A DNA stretch of 61,971 nt, filler included, from Actinomycetota bacterium (GTDB lineage Bacteria > Actinomycetota > CADDZG01 > JAHWKV01 > JAOPZY01): NCBI GenBank assembly GCA_025963875.1. It is 5 parts of 5 records of this genome, joined end to end, with 100 filler letters (N's around TTAATTAATTAA, not from the genome) between each part and the next. Parts side by side here need not be neighbours in the genome. Positions count along the whole stretch, not along the records: positions 11,681 to 27,755 come from JAOPZY010000003.1; 4 more parts are not named here. One strand, written 5' to 3'. The notes under the pieces are model-generated. The model saw only the letters and a list, made by a program, of their open reading frames with translations, made no database searches and was not told the DNA's origin. Every line of letters begins with the position of its first letter. The stretch's first letter is position 1. The position numbers were made by a program, and so were the translations under genes. This document shows, in pieces, positions 18,274 to 27,000 of this stretch.

Positions 18274-18775
18274 CGCGGCCGACGCCCCGCGGCTCTCCCA
18301 CGTCAACGCCGAGGGGGAGGCCACGATGGTCGACGTCTCCGGGAAGGAGCCCACGGTTCGGGAGGCCACCGCAGCGGCCTTCGTCCGGATGTCGCCCGAT
18401 ACCGTTGCGGTCGTGCGGGCCGGAGGCCTTTCGAAGGGGGACGCGCTCGGGGTGGCCAAGATCGCCGGCATCATGGCGGCGAAGAAGACGCCGGAGCTCA
18501 TCCCGTTGTGCCATCCCCTGGCGCTGTCGAAGATCGACGTCGACCTCCAGCTCGTGGACGAGGGGGTGCGGGTGGAGGCCACCGTCCGGACGCGCGACCG
18601 CACCGGGGTCGAGATGGAGGCGCTCGTCGCCGCCTCTGTGGCCTCCCTGACCGTCTACGACATGTGCAAAGCCGTCGACAAGGGCATCACGATCACCGAG
18701 ATCGGCCTCGTCTCGAAGACCGGCGGCAAGAGCGGCCCCTGGGCCCGTTCAGAAGCCCCTGCCAGCTCCGGCTGA
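18266..18775 (+). CDS. moaC: Cyclic pyranopterin monophosphate synthase
   Basis: LSH...[41 protein letters not shown]. Confidence 0.95.
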   Translation: MPDAADAPRLSHVNAEGEATMVDVSGKEPTVREATAAAFVRMSPDTVAVVRAGGLSKGDALGVAKIAGIMAAKKTPELIPLCHPLALSKIDVDLQLVDEGVRVEATVRTRDRTGVEMEALVAASVASLTVYDMCKAVDKGITITEIGLVSKTGGKSGPWARSEAPASSG

Positions 18776-18901
18776 CTAGGTAAAATTTGTGGCTAGATGG
18801 CCTAGACGATTAACTAACCCGTTCGCGGGTCTTCTCTAGGACTCCCATAGGTAGTAAACTCCCGACCACTCAACCGTTCCACGGGCGGGGGCAGGAGGTG
18901 T

Positions 18902-19126
18902 GTGGTGCCTCAAGCAGAAGCAGTTTTCATCGAGACCGCACCGATCGGGGACCGGCCCCCGACGGCACGGAGGTACAGGGGTAGTTTCGGGCGCCAGCGC
19001 GGAGAACTCCCGCGCGATGACGTCTCGGCCGCCTTCGTCGTTGAGTGGCAGCTCCAGCCGCTCGGCGAGAGCGAGGCCGCTCCGGCGGAGTCGCCAAAGG
19101 TGCGCCTGCACGACCTCAGCTCGTAG
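18902..19126 (+). CDS. Hypothetical 74-aa protein
   Basis: RBS AGGAGG before GTG; no recognisable motif. Confidence 0.45.
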   Translation: MVPQAEAVFIETAPIGDRPPTARRYRGSFGRQRGELPRDDVSAAFVVEWQLQPLGESEAAPAESPKVRLHDLSS

Positions 19127-19177
19127 CCGCGGCTGATTCGACGGACTTCATCCCGTTGGTCCGGGTTCGGTCGCGCT

Positions 19178-19336
19178 CTACCCCTGCTTCTGACGCTTGA
19201 AGTAGGCGATCGTGCCGCCCACCTCGGGGGGGCTGAACACGCAGACCAGCTCCCAGCCGTCTTCGCCCCAGGTGTTCAGGACCTCTGTGGCGATGTGGGG
19301 AGGGATGGGTACCGTCTTGTACTCCCACGTGGTCAT
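19178..19336 (-). CDS. DUF4177 small protein
   Basis: MTTWEYKTVP...LNTWGEDGWELV...AYFKR; RBS AAGGAGG; below the ORF-track cutoff. Confidence 0.88.
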   Translation of the reverse strand: MTTWEYKTVPIPPHIATEVLNTWGEDGWELVCVFSPPEVGGTIAYFKRQKQG

Positions 19337-19366
19337 CGTTTTTCCTCCTTGAGCGTGGTGTGGTGT

Positions 19367-19573
19367 TCAGGTGAGCGGGGCCGGTTCGTCGAAGCCCGTG
19401 TTGTAGACCTCGGGGGGCAGGTAGAGCCAGAGCGCCCGCTCGTCGGGGTCGGCCGGCGGCTGCATCTCCTGGTAACGGCGGTTCGGGCCGGCGCCGGTGC
19501 CCGGGTACAGGATGGCGCCCCTGACCTGCAGCTCGTCGACGAGATCGTGGGTGGGGTGTCCGTCCAGTTCCAT
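19367..19573 (-). CDS. Hypothetical 68-aa protein
   Basis: RBS AAGGAGG; co-oriented between pepA and the DUF4177 gene. Confidence 0.65.
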   Translation of the reverse strand: MELDGHPTHDLVDELQVRGAILYPGTGAGPNRRYQEMQPPADPDERALWLYLPPEVYNTGFDEPAPLT

Positions 19574-19633
19574 GGCTTGGCCTCCTTCGGCTTCTCTGTT
19601 GGCTCCGTTTGGCTTCCGTTGGCTTCGGTCGGC

Positions 19634-21112
19634 CTATCCCGCCGCCGCCCGCCGCTCGATCCAGTCGATGAGCAGGCGGGTGCCCATCCCGGTCGGGCCT
19701 TTGGGGAGGTAGTGCTCGGCCTCGTCTGAGCGCGCCGGCCCGGCGATGTCGACGTGGATCCAGGGCACGTCCCCGACGAAGTCCTTGAGGAATAGGGCGG
19801 CAAAGATCGCTCCGCCCCAGCGCGTACCGATGTTCTTCACGTCGGCGATGTCGCTGTCGATCTGCTTGCGCATGTCCTCGAACAGGGGCATCTGCCAGAC
19901 CCGCTCGCCGGTGTGGGATGCCGCGGCCTGGACCTGCTCCGCCAGCTCGGGCGAGCTTGCGAAGAACCCGGCCACCTTCTTGCCGAGGGCGATCACCATG
20001 GCGCCGGTGAGGGTGGCGAAGTCGATCATCGCCTCGGGACGTTGCTCCGACATCCAGGCCAGGGCGTCGGCGAGGACGAGGCGACCCTCCGCGTCCGTGT
20101 TGAGGACCTCGGAGGTCCGGCCGCCATAGTGGCGGATGACGTCGCCGGGCTTGATGGCCGCGCCGCCGGGCATGTTCTCGGCGAGCGGGGTGACCGCTGT
20201 CACCTTGATCCCGGCTCCCAGGGCGGGGAGGGCGCTGAGGGCGGCCACCACGGCGGCGGCACCCGAGCAGTCGGTCTTCATCGTCTCCATCGACTCGGCG
20301 GGCTTGAGGGACAGGCCGCCCGAGTCGAAGGTGATCCCCTTGCCCACGGCCCCGATGTGGGCGGTGGCGCCCTCAGGCTCGTAGCGCAGGATCAGAAGGC
20401 GGGGCGGATTCCTGCTGCCCTGCCCCACGCCGAGGATCCCGTTCATGCCCTTCTCGGCGAGCTGGGTCTCGTCCAGGATCTCGGCGGTCAGGCCCGCAGC
20501 CTCGGCCCGCTCCTTCGCCAGCTCCGCGAACTCCGCAGGGGGGCGGGCGCCGGCCGGCTCGTTGATGGTGTCGCGGGCCCAGTTGGTGGCCTCGGCGGTC
20601 GTCGTGCCGCGCCGGATGTCCGCCTCGGTGGCGTCTCCCAGCACCGTGATGCGTTGGTCGGCCCGCGGCTCCGCCGAGGACTTGTAGCGGTCGAAGCGGT
20701 AGGCGCCGAGGAGGTAGCCCTCGACGGCTGCCTGGGCGGTGCCCGACACGCCGTTGGCGAGGGCAAGGGCGATCGTGGGAAAGCGCCCCGTGCGCCGGGC
20801 GGCGACGCCGGCGGCTTTGCGGACGTCGTCATGGCCCGCTTCAGCGTTGGCCGGCACGAGTGCGCCGGCTGGCCCGAGCCCGACAACCAGGACGTAGGCA
20901 GCGGGGAGGCGCCCCCCGGTGGGGATGAGTTCGGCGTCGCCGATGTTGCCCTTGAACCCCGTGGCCTTGAGGTGGGCAGCAAGGGCCCCGTCGAGGGCGT
21001 GGTCGAGCTCGGCTGCGGCGTGGGTGAGCTCCTGGCCCGCCCTTGCGCCGACGACGACAACATCGGTGGCCGCGTCGCGGGCCGGTGCGGAGGATCGTTC
21101 GACGGATGTCAT
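19634..21112 (-). CDS. pepA: Leucyl aminopeptidase (M17)
   Basis: VGKGITFDSGG, MKTDCSGAA, NTDAEGRL, ATLTGA, HVDIAG. Confidence 0.96.
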   Translation of the reverse strand: MTSVERSSAPARDAATDVVVVGARAGQELTHAAAELDHALDGALAAHLKATGFKGNIGDAELIPTGGRLPAAYVLVVGLGPAGALVPANAEAGHDDVRKAAGVAARRTGRFPTIALALANGVSGTAQAAVEGYLLGAYRFDRYKSSAEPRADQRITVLGDATEADIRRGTTTAEATNWARDTINEPAGARPPAEFAELAKERAEAAGLTAEILDETQLAEKGMNGILGVGQGSRNPPRLLILRYEPEGATAHIGAVGKGITFDSGGLSLKPAESMETMKTDCSGAAAVVAALSALPALGAGIKVTAVTPLAENMPGGAAIKPGDVIRHYGGRTSEVLNTDAEGRLVLADALAWMSEQRPEAMIDFATLTGAMVIALGKKVAGFFASSPELAEQVQAAASHTGERVWQMPLFEDMRKQIDSDIADVKNIGTRWGGAIFAALFLKDFVGDVPWIHVDIAGPARSDEAEHYLPKGPTGMGTRLLIDWIERRAAAG

Positions 21113-21276
21113 TTCCCCCCTTCCCGAATCGCCCGAATGTTGCCCTTGGGGCGGCTGTCCGGCTATGCTCCCCGTGCCGGGTAGGTCCTCGGGGCCCGGA
21201 CGCTGAGCAGTCTAACTTCCCCTCTTCCCCAACCTCGCACCGGGCCTTGCACCGCGCCTTGGCGGAAATCCGAGGA

Positions 21277-21324
21277 ACACCACATATGGGGTGTTATAAA
21301 CCCAACAGGCACAGGATGTAGCGG
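21277..21324. promoter_or_regulatory. Tandem NrdR-box-like sites
   Basis: ACACCACATATGGGGT (21277) and GCACAGGATGTAGCGG (21309), starts 32 bp apart; NrdR consensus acaCwAtATaTwGtgt. Confidence 0.55.
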
Positions 21325-21446
21325 GCTGGTGGTCCCTGGTCGTTCCAGCGGGCCTGTTCCCAGTCCGCTGTCGGGCCCGACAGCGGGCCATCTGTGGGGA
21401 GGCGGTCCCGCCCGGCCAGGGCCGCCCTGCGAAGAGGGGAGCCGGT

Positions 21447-22067
21447 GTGACGCTGCTGCTCATCGTTCTGCTGGTGCTGCTCTGGGGAGCGGTCATCGTT
21501 CCGGCCCTCCTTCGGGTCCGGCAGTCGCCCGCCTCCAGCGTCGGGGCCTTCCGGAAGAATATGCAGGCGCTGGGAGCCCGGTCCTCGACTCGGCCGTTGC
21601 GCCGGCCATCCGGCGCCGGCGCCGGGGCTGCCGGGCGCTGGATCCTCGGCCCGCCTCCCCGCCAGAGTTCGGCTCGGTACCGGTCGAGCGCGGCGAGCCG
21701 TACCCAGGCCCGCCCCGCCGCCCGGTACCGGCCCCAGGGCTCACGCCCCTCAGGGTCCTGGCTCGTGGCCCGGGATGACTTCGACACCGGGGGCCTGACG
21801 ATGGACCAGCGACGAGCCATCTTCTATGGCCTGCTCACCACTGCGGCGTTCACCCTCCTCCTGGGCCTGGCCTTCGGCCTGCTACTGCGGGTCCACCTCG
21901 GCGTCGACGTCGCCCTACTCGGCTACGTCGTCTATCTGGTCCGGACGAAGCCCCGTGCCAGGGAGCCGAGGGCGCTCGCCACGTACTACTCGCCAGCGGC
22001 GCGCGGGCCTGCGGACGGGCGGCGAGGCCGCGACGAGCGGGAGTGGCTGAGGGTCGGCGAGTTGTAG
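21447..22067 (+). CDS. SepX/GlpR-like divisome membrane protein
   Basis: N-terminal TM ending W...VPALLR, S..AFR..M..L, disordered Arg-rich linker, RR plus two TMs; position between moaC and tRNA-Ala matches the actinobacterial glpR/sepX locus. Confidence 0.65.
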   Translation: MTLLLIVLLVLLWGAVIVPALLRVRQSPASSVGAFRKNMQALGARSSTRPLRRPSGAGAGAAGRWILGPPPRQSSARYRSSAASRTQARPAARYRPQGSRPSGSWLVARDDFDTGGLTMDQRRAIFYGLLTTAAFTLLLGLAFGLLLRVHLGVDVALLGYVVYLVRTKPRAREPRALATYYSPAARGPADGRRGRDEREWLRVGEL

Positions 22068-22235
22068 CGATTTCCGGCACCTTGGGGGTGGCGCCCGCGC
22101 CCCCTCGGTGCCGGGCCAGCGTGGCACCCTCAGCCGCGCCGGGGCGGATTCTTATCGGTGAGCGAGAAGAATCCGCCCCGGGGCCATGCGCGGGGCCCGT
22201 TCAGGACCGCCTGATGAACGGTTAGTCTCCAACCC

Positions 22236-22859
22236 GTGGATCTCGACGCCATAGGGAACGAGCTGCGGGCCAGCCTCGATGCCAAGAACGCTGCCCGGGA
22301 GCAGGCCCTCCCCCTGTGCCGGCGGGCGACCCGCCTCTCGGCGAACGCCATCCGAGCGGTCCACCGCTCCGAGGAGGCCGAGACGCTGCGCCTCACTGCA
22401 GAGGCCAGGACCTGCCTCGACGAGGCGGCGGAGGCGATGGCGGCCCACCCTGATGTCAAGTACGCCGGGTTCTTCCACGACGCCGCCAAGGAGTACGCCG
22501 AGGCGAGGCTCACCCACGCCCTCGTCGCCGGGCAGCCTCTGCCCTCGGCCGGTGACATCGGCGTCGACCCGCCCGCCTATCTCAACGGGATGGGGGAGGC
22601 GGTGGGGGAGATGCGCCGCCATCTGCTCGACCTCATGCGCCGGGGGCAGCTCGAGCGCTCAGAGGAGATCCTCGGGCAGATGGACGAGATCTACTACCTC
22701 CTGATCTCGATGGACTACCCCGACGCCGTCACCGCAGGCTTGCGCCGGACCTCGGATGCCATCCGGGGCATCATCGAGCGGACCCGGGGCGACCTGACGG
22801 TGACGCTCATCCAGGACAAGCTGCGCTCGGCGCTCGAGTCCAAGCACGGGGAGGCCTGA
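22236..22859 (+). CDS. Translin/TRAX family protein
   Basis: RE..L..CR...RLS..AIRAVHR, KEYAEA, YLNGMGEAVGEMRR, LRRTSD..RG.IERTRGDL. Confidence 0.85.
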   Translation: MDLDAIGNELRASLDAKNAAREQALPLCRRATRLSANAIRAVHRSEEAETLRLTAEARTCLDEAAEAMAAHPDVKYAGFFHDAAKEYAEARLTHALVAGQPLPSAGDIGVDPPAYLNGMGEAVGEMRRHLLDLMRRGQLERSEEILGQMDEIYYLLISMDYPDAVTAGLRRTSDAIRGIIERTRGDLTVTLIQDKLRSALESKHGEA

Positions 22860-22864
22860 AGGGC

Positions 22865-23476
22865 GTGAACCGCCGCGGCGGGCTCACGCTGGTGTCCTTG
22901 GCGGCAGCAGGCGGCGGGGCAGCCTACGCAGGCTTCATCCTCATGTCCCGGGGTCGGCTGGTGGTCGACGTCGGCTGGGGCAGCTCGTACTTCCCACTCG
23001 GGCCGATCGAGGTGCAGATGGCTGCGCCCAGGGAGGTCGTGTTCGACGTCATCCAGGGCGGCTACTCGGAATCGGCGCCCGCCGACGTGAAACGCCACAT
23101 CAAGGTCATCGAGCGAGCCGGCGACCTGGTTGTGGCGGAGCACCGGACGCCGCTGCAACTCATGGACGCCATCACGGTCGAGACCGTGCGCTTCGAGCGC
23201 CCTTCCCGTGTGGTCTTTGCGCTCCTCCGGGGTCCAGTGCCGCACGTCCACGAGACGTTCGAACTGCTGGAGCGCGACGGCGTTACGACCCTCACCTACC
23301 AGGGCACCCTGGGGGCCGACCTCTGGCTGTTCGGGCGCTGGTACGGGGGCCGCGTCGTGAAGCCGGCGTGGGAGCGGGTGGTGGCCGCGTCGCTGAAGGG
23401 AGTGAAGGCCCAGGCGGAAACGAGGGCCCTGGCGCAGAGCAGGAGGGCCGGCAAAGGGCCGGCGGCGAGCCCGTAA
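22865..23476 (+). CDS. SRPBCC (START-like) family protein with N-terminal hydrophobic segment
   Basis: AAPREVVFDV, TVETVRFERP, LLRGPVPHVHETF. Confidence 0.75.
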   Translation: MNRRGGLTLVSLAAAGGGAAYAGFILMSRGRLVVDVGWGSSYFPLGPIEVQMAAPREVVFDVIQGGYSESAPADVKRHIKVIERAGDLVVAEHRTPLQLMDAITVETVRFERPSRVVFALLRGPVPHVHETFELLERDGVTTLTYQGTLGADLWLFGRWYGGRVVKPAWERVVAASLKGVKAQAETRALAQSRRAGKGPAASP

Positions 23477-23506
23477 CCCGTCCGCCTACAATGATCTGGC
23501 CCCCAA

Positions 23507-23579
23507 GGGGCGGTAGCTCAGCTGGTAGAGCGCTTCCCTCGCACGGAAGAGGCCGGGAGTTCGAATCTCCTCCGCTCCA
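23507..23579 (+). tRNA. tRNA-Ala (anticodon CGC); CCA not encoded
   Basis: GGGGCGG acceptor stem with G3:U70, D arm AGCTCAGCTGGTAGAGC, CTTCC-CTCGCAC-GGAAG anticodon arm, GTTCGAATC. Confidence 0.97.
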
Positions 23580-23656
23580 CGATACCCAAAAGCGCAGGTA
23601 GAAAGCCACATTCGTCCCTGCCCCCTCCATGCCATGGAGACGCTCCAAAGAACCAG

Positions 23657-23676
23657 GAGTCCACAAAGAGTCCACA
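23657..23676. repeat. Direct repeats GAGTCCACA x2, probable integrase arm-type sites
   Basis: Two exact 9-mers with 11-bp period between the tRNA and the int stop. Confidence 0.6.
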
Positions 23677-24765
23677 TCAGGCGGCGTCCCCGGGTTCTGT
23701 AGCCTTGCGCCAGGTGGCGTCCAGAGCTTCCGCAAGCGCCTCGTCGATCCCTTCGTACAGATGCCCGTAGGTGTCCAGCGTGGTCTTGATCGAGGCGTGG
23801 CCGAGCCGGACCTGAATGGCCTTGGGGTGCGCCTTCTCTCGAATCAGCATGGCGGCGTGCGAGTGCCTGAGATCATGCACCCGGCACGGACGGCCCACCG
23901 AGGCATCGACCGCCGGATACCACACACGCTGCCGGAACCGGCTGGGATTCATGCGCCCGAACACCAGGCCATCGACCGCCGGGTACTCCCCCAGATGCGC
24001 CGCCAGGGCCTCACCCACGAAAGCGGGGATCGAGATTCTCCGGATGGCGGCTCTCGTCTTCGGAGGCCCGAACGACAGTGAGCCGCCATCCCTGATCACC
24101 GTCTCCTCGACGGAGATGTAGCGGCTCAGCAGATCCAGGCGGGGGAGTCGCAGCGCCGCCAGTTCGCCCCAGCGAAGCCCCGTGTAGGCAGCCGTCAGAA
24201 CGAATGGCGCCCACCGATGCCGAGTCGCCCGGACCAGGGCAGCAACCTCGTCCGTCGAGAGGAACCGCATCTCCTGATGCTCAGTCTTCGGGAGATCGAT
24301 GCCCCTGCACGGCGACCGCAGGATGACATCGGCCTCTACGGCAGCCTTCAACACGCGAGCCAGCACCTGGTACGCCTTCCTGACCGTCGAGGCGGCGTAC
24401 TCAGCTTCCAACGATGTCACCCAGGACCGGATATCCATCGGGCCGATGGAGCCCATCGCCCTCCCCCCGAATACCGGAAGGACCAGCTGCTCCATCACCC
24501 AGTCGTCCCGGGTCCGGGTCGAGGGTCGGAGATTGACCCTCGTGCGGCCGTACTCCCTCGCCCAGGCCTCGAACCTCTTCCGGGCGCGGGCGGGATCAAC
24601 CCAGGACCCCCGGTCCATGTCGGCCCGCATTGCTGCGAGAAACCCTTCGGCATCGGTCTTCCGGTTGAAGTTCTTCGCCCGCTGTCGGCCGCTCGGGTCC
24701 CGGTACCTGGCTTGCCACTTCCCAGCCGACGTAAGCCGAATGGCCGGTGTGCGCCTGATGCTCAC
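23677..24765 (-). CDS. int: Tyrosine integrase
   Basis: GKWQARYRDPSG, TGLRWGELAAL, HDLRHSHA, LGHASIKTTLDTYGH; GTGA overlap with xis. Confidence 0.96.
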   Translation of the reverse strand: MSIRRTPAIRLTSAGKWQARYRDPSGRQRAKNFNRKTDAEGFLAAMRADMDRGSWVDPARARKRFEAWAREYGRTRVNLRPSTRTRDDWVMEQLVLPVFGGRAMGSIGPMDIRSWVTSLEAEYAASTVRKAYQVLARVLKAAVEADVILRSPCRGIDLPKTEHQEMRFLSTDEVAALVRATRHRWAPFVLTAAYTGLRWGELAALRLPRLDLLSRYISVEETVIRDGGSLSFGPPKTRAAIRRISIPAFVGEALAAHLGEYPAVDGLVFGRMNPSRFRQRVWYPAVDASVGRPCRVHDLRHSHAAMLIREKAHPKAIQVRLGHASIKTTLDTYGHLYEGIDEALAEALDATWRKATEPGDAA

Positions 24766-25007
24766 CGGCTCCACCAGGTCCCACGCTGCGACTCCGCCTT
24801 CCGCTGCTGGATCCACAGGCTCACGTCGGCGGGGTCGAAGCGAAGGTACCGACCCACTCGGATCGGCGCCGGACCTACGCCCCGCACCCGCCAGTCATAG
24901 ACCGTCTGAACCGGCACCTGGAGCAACTCCGCCACTTCCTGGACTGACAGCAGCCGGACCGGCAGCATCGGTACCGACGCCGATGTCCCACCCGATCTTC
25001 TCGTCAC
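24762..25007 (-). CDS. xis: Excisionase (HTH_17/AlpA-like)
   Basis: LLSVQEVAELLQVPVQTVYDWR..G.GP..IRVGRYLRF; alternative start at 24968. Confidence 0.9.
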   Translation of the reverse strand: MTRRSGGTSASVPMLPVRLLSVQEVAELLQVPVQTVYDWRVRGVGPAPIRVGRYLRFDPADVSLWIQQRKAESQRGTWWSR

Positions 25008-25021
25008 ATGCCACCCCTCTC

Positions 25022-26479
25022 TCACGCAATCGCCATGGCCCTCGCTCGTTCCTCCCGCAGCGCCTCCCGTCCCTCCAGCGCCCGGGCCTTGGCCCCCATG
25101 GCGAGGATGCGGTCCCCAGTGGATCGGTAGCCGGTGCCCTTGAAGCCCCACTCGGCGAGCACAACCACCAGGGCGTCGTCCTCGGGACGGTCCCAGGCAT
25201 CGACCGGCGTCTCGTCCTCGAAGCTCTGGCGGCGGCGGTGCTCCTTGCGCACTCCCCGCAGCACCTTGAACGTGGTCGAGTAGCGGCGGCTCTTGGTGGC
25301 GAAGTGGCCGCCGAAGCCGAGGCAGTGCGCCCAGTGCCGCAGCCCAAGCTCCGCCAGTTCCGGCCGCCCGCCCATGATCCAGGCGATCCGCACGGCGGAG
25401 CCGATGTGGGGCCGCAGTCCTTGCAGTGCCATCAGGCCCTCGGTGGAGCGGATGCGCCGATCCAGGGCCGCTCCGAGGCTCTCGGAGCCCTTCGAGGCGT
25501 ACTTCGCCACGTAGAAGGCGACGACCTCCTCCGACAGTTCGTTGGCTCCGGCGGACTTCGTGAGCCGCTTCACGTCAAGCTCGGTGCCCCAGCCGATGCG
25601 GCCTCCCCGGGGATCGGGTGCCCGAACCGCGGGGACGACGCTTCGCACCACCGCCTCGAGGAGCGCCATGTCGAATCCCTCGGGCGGCGGCAGCATCGCC
25701 TCGGGGTCGTAGCGCCCTGCCCCGTCGTCCAGGCGGAGGATGGCGTGGAAGTGGATGGCTCCCCGGACCTGATATTCGGCCACCTTGAAGTAGTTGAGCC
25801 ACGCCAGGCGGTTGCACGCCTTCTCGCTCATGCCCACGGCCCTGGCGATGCCCCGGCGGATGTCCTGGATGGTTCGCCGCCATAGCTCAGGAGCCAGGGC
25901 GTTCCAGACGATCATCGATTCGTAGTCGAAGCACTCGGCGCAGATCGGCTCGCCCACCACGGGGTCGTTCGGGCGGTGCAGGCGAAAGCACCCTTCGGGG
26001 TTGCCATGTGGGCAGGTGCCCCGGCGCTTGCGGCAGACCTGGAGGTTCTTGCCCTGGGCGATGCTCGTGTGCATGGCCCCGAAGCTCGGGGCGGTGAAGG
26101 TGACGAACAGACGGGGGTGCTTGCGCACTGTGTCGGGCACCCCCTTGCCCCCGAGCAGCCCGGCGAGGGCGATGTGACGGGCGTCGCCCTTGTAGGTCGA
26201 GGAGCACGACGGGCACACCGAGGCCCGGCGGTTCCCGCAAGCCACGAGCAGTGTTTGGTCCGGTTCGTTGATCGTCGAGTACACGGTTCGGATATCGCCC
26301 GTGGCCTTGTCCATGTGGCGGATGCGGCCCTGGAGGCGGATCGGGTGGTGGCAGTGGTTCGTGTGGGCGACCTGCTCCTCCCACCGCCGGAAGCCGGGAT
26401 CGGCCGCCCGCTCCACCACCTGCTCCATGAGCCCGGGTGTCCACTCCCGGACCCCTGCCTCCTCCAGGGCCGTCGCCAC
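25022..26479 (-). CDS. repSA: RepSA-type rolling-circle replication initiator
   Basis: CHHPIRL, CGNRRASVCPSCS, TFTAPSFG, VAEYQVRGAIHFHA (HUH), YVAKYASK, LGFGGHFATKSRRYSTT. Confidence 0.93.
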   Translation of the reverse strand: MATALEEAGVREWTPGLMEQVVERAADPGFRRWEEQVAHTNHCHHPIRLQGRIRHMDKATGDIRTVYSTINEPDQTLLVACGNRRASVCPSCSSTYKGDARHIALAGLLGGKGVPDTVRKHPRLFVTFTAPSFGAMHTSIAQGKNLQVCRKRRGTCPHGNPEGCFRLHRPNDPVVGEPICAECFDYESMIVWNALAPELWRRTIQDIRRGIARAVGMSEKACNRLAWLNYFKVAEYQVRGAIHFHAILRLDDGAGRYDPEAMLPPPEGFDMALLEAVVRSVVPAVRAPDPRGGRIGWGTELDVKRLTKSAGANELSEEVVAFYVAKYASKGSESLGAALDRRIRSTEGLMALQGLRPHIGSAVRIAWIMGGRPELAELGLRHWAHCLGFGGHFATKSRRYSTTFKVLRGVRKEHRRRQSFEDETPVDAWDRPEDDALVVVLAEWGFKGTGYRSTGDRILAMGAKARALEGREALREERARAMAIA

Positions 26480-26482
26480 GAT

Positions 26483-26629
26483 CTAGTGCCGTGCCTCTCG
26501 CATGTGCTCGGCCAGGTGTTCGATGCTCTCCGCCTCGAACTCGCACGCTAGGCAGATCAGCTCCTCGCCCATGTCCGAGGGGATGTCCTCCTGGCGATCC
26601 CGCTCCACGTCCTGCGGATCCACCGTCAC
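26483..26629 (-). CDS. 48-aa C2H2 zinc-finger microprotein
   Basis: CLAC-x12-H-x5-H; GTGA overlap with the upstream gene; stop 3 nt before repSA. Confidence 0.7.
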   Translation of the reverse strand: MTVDPQDVERDRQEDIPSDMGEELICLACEFEAESIEHLAEHMREARH

Positions 26630-27000
26630 GACGCACCCCCGTACCGCTGCTGGGCAGCCTGCCGGGTGGTGCCGAGCACCCGGGCGATGTCGGCCCACGA
26701 GTAGGACCACTGCGGCGAGCGCAGGCCGCCAATGGCTTCTCCGATTGCCGCCTCGACCTCAGAGCGCAGAGCCACGAGACCTGGCAGTCCCTCCACGTCG
26801 CCGTCAGCCACCCGGCGGGCTGCGGCCCGCAGGATGCGCCGTGCGAAGGCGGCGAACTCGGGGTTCTCCACCACCCGCTCCCGCCCCTTGGGTGTCAAGG
26901 AGCCCTTGACGGCATTCCGGCCTTCCGGGACGGCGTGGAGCGAGGGGCCCGGGACGCTGGCCGGGGCCTTGAGGGGGGCTGCGCCCTCTGCCTCAGACAC
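26626..27000 (-). CDS. AICE-associated protein with C-terminal HTH
   Basis: VENPEFAAFARRILRA..RRVADGDVE...YSWADIARVLGTTRQAAQQRYG; start uncertain. Confidence 0.8.
   Translation of the reverse strand: MSEAEGAAPLKAPASVPGPSLHAVPEGRNAVKGSLTPKGRERVVENPEFAAFARRILRAAARRVADGDVEGLPGLVALRSEVEAAIGEAIGGLRSPQWSYSWADIARVLGTTRQAAQQRYGGAS

Noticed and set aside
19598..19633. Short imperfect repeats (GTTGGCTCC/GTTTGGCTTCC/GTTGGCTTC)
   Set aside because: Degenerate 9-11 bp units with no spacers; not CRISPR-like and no evident function.
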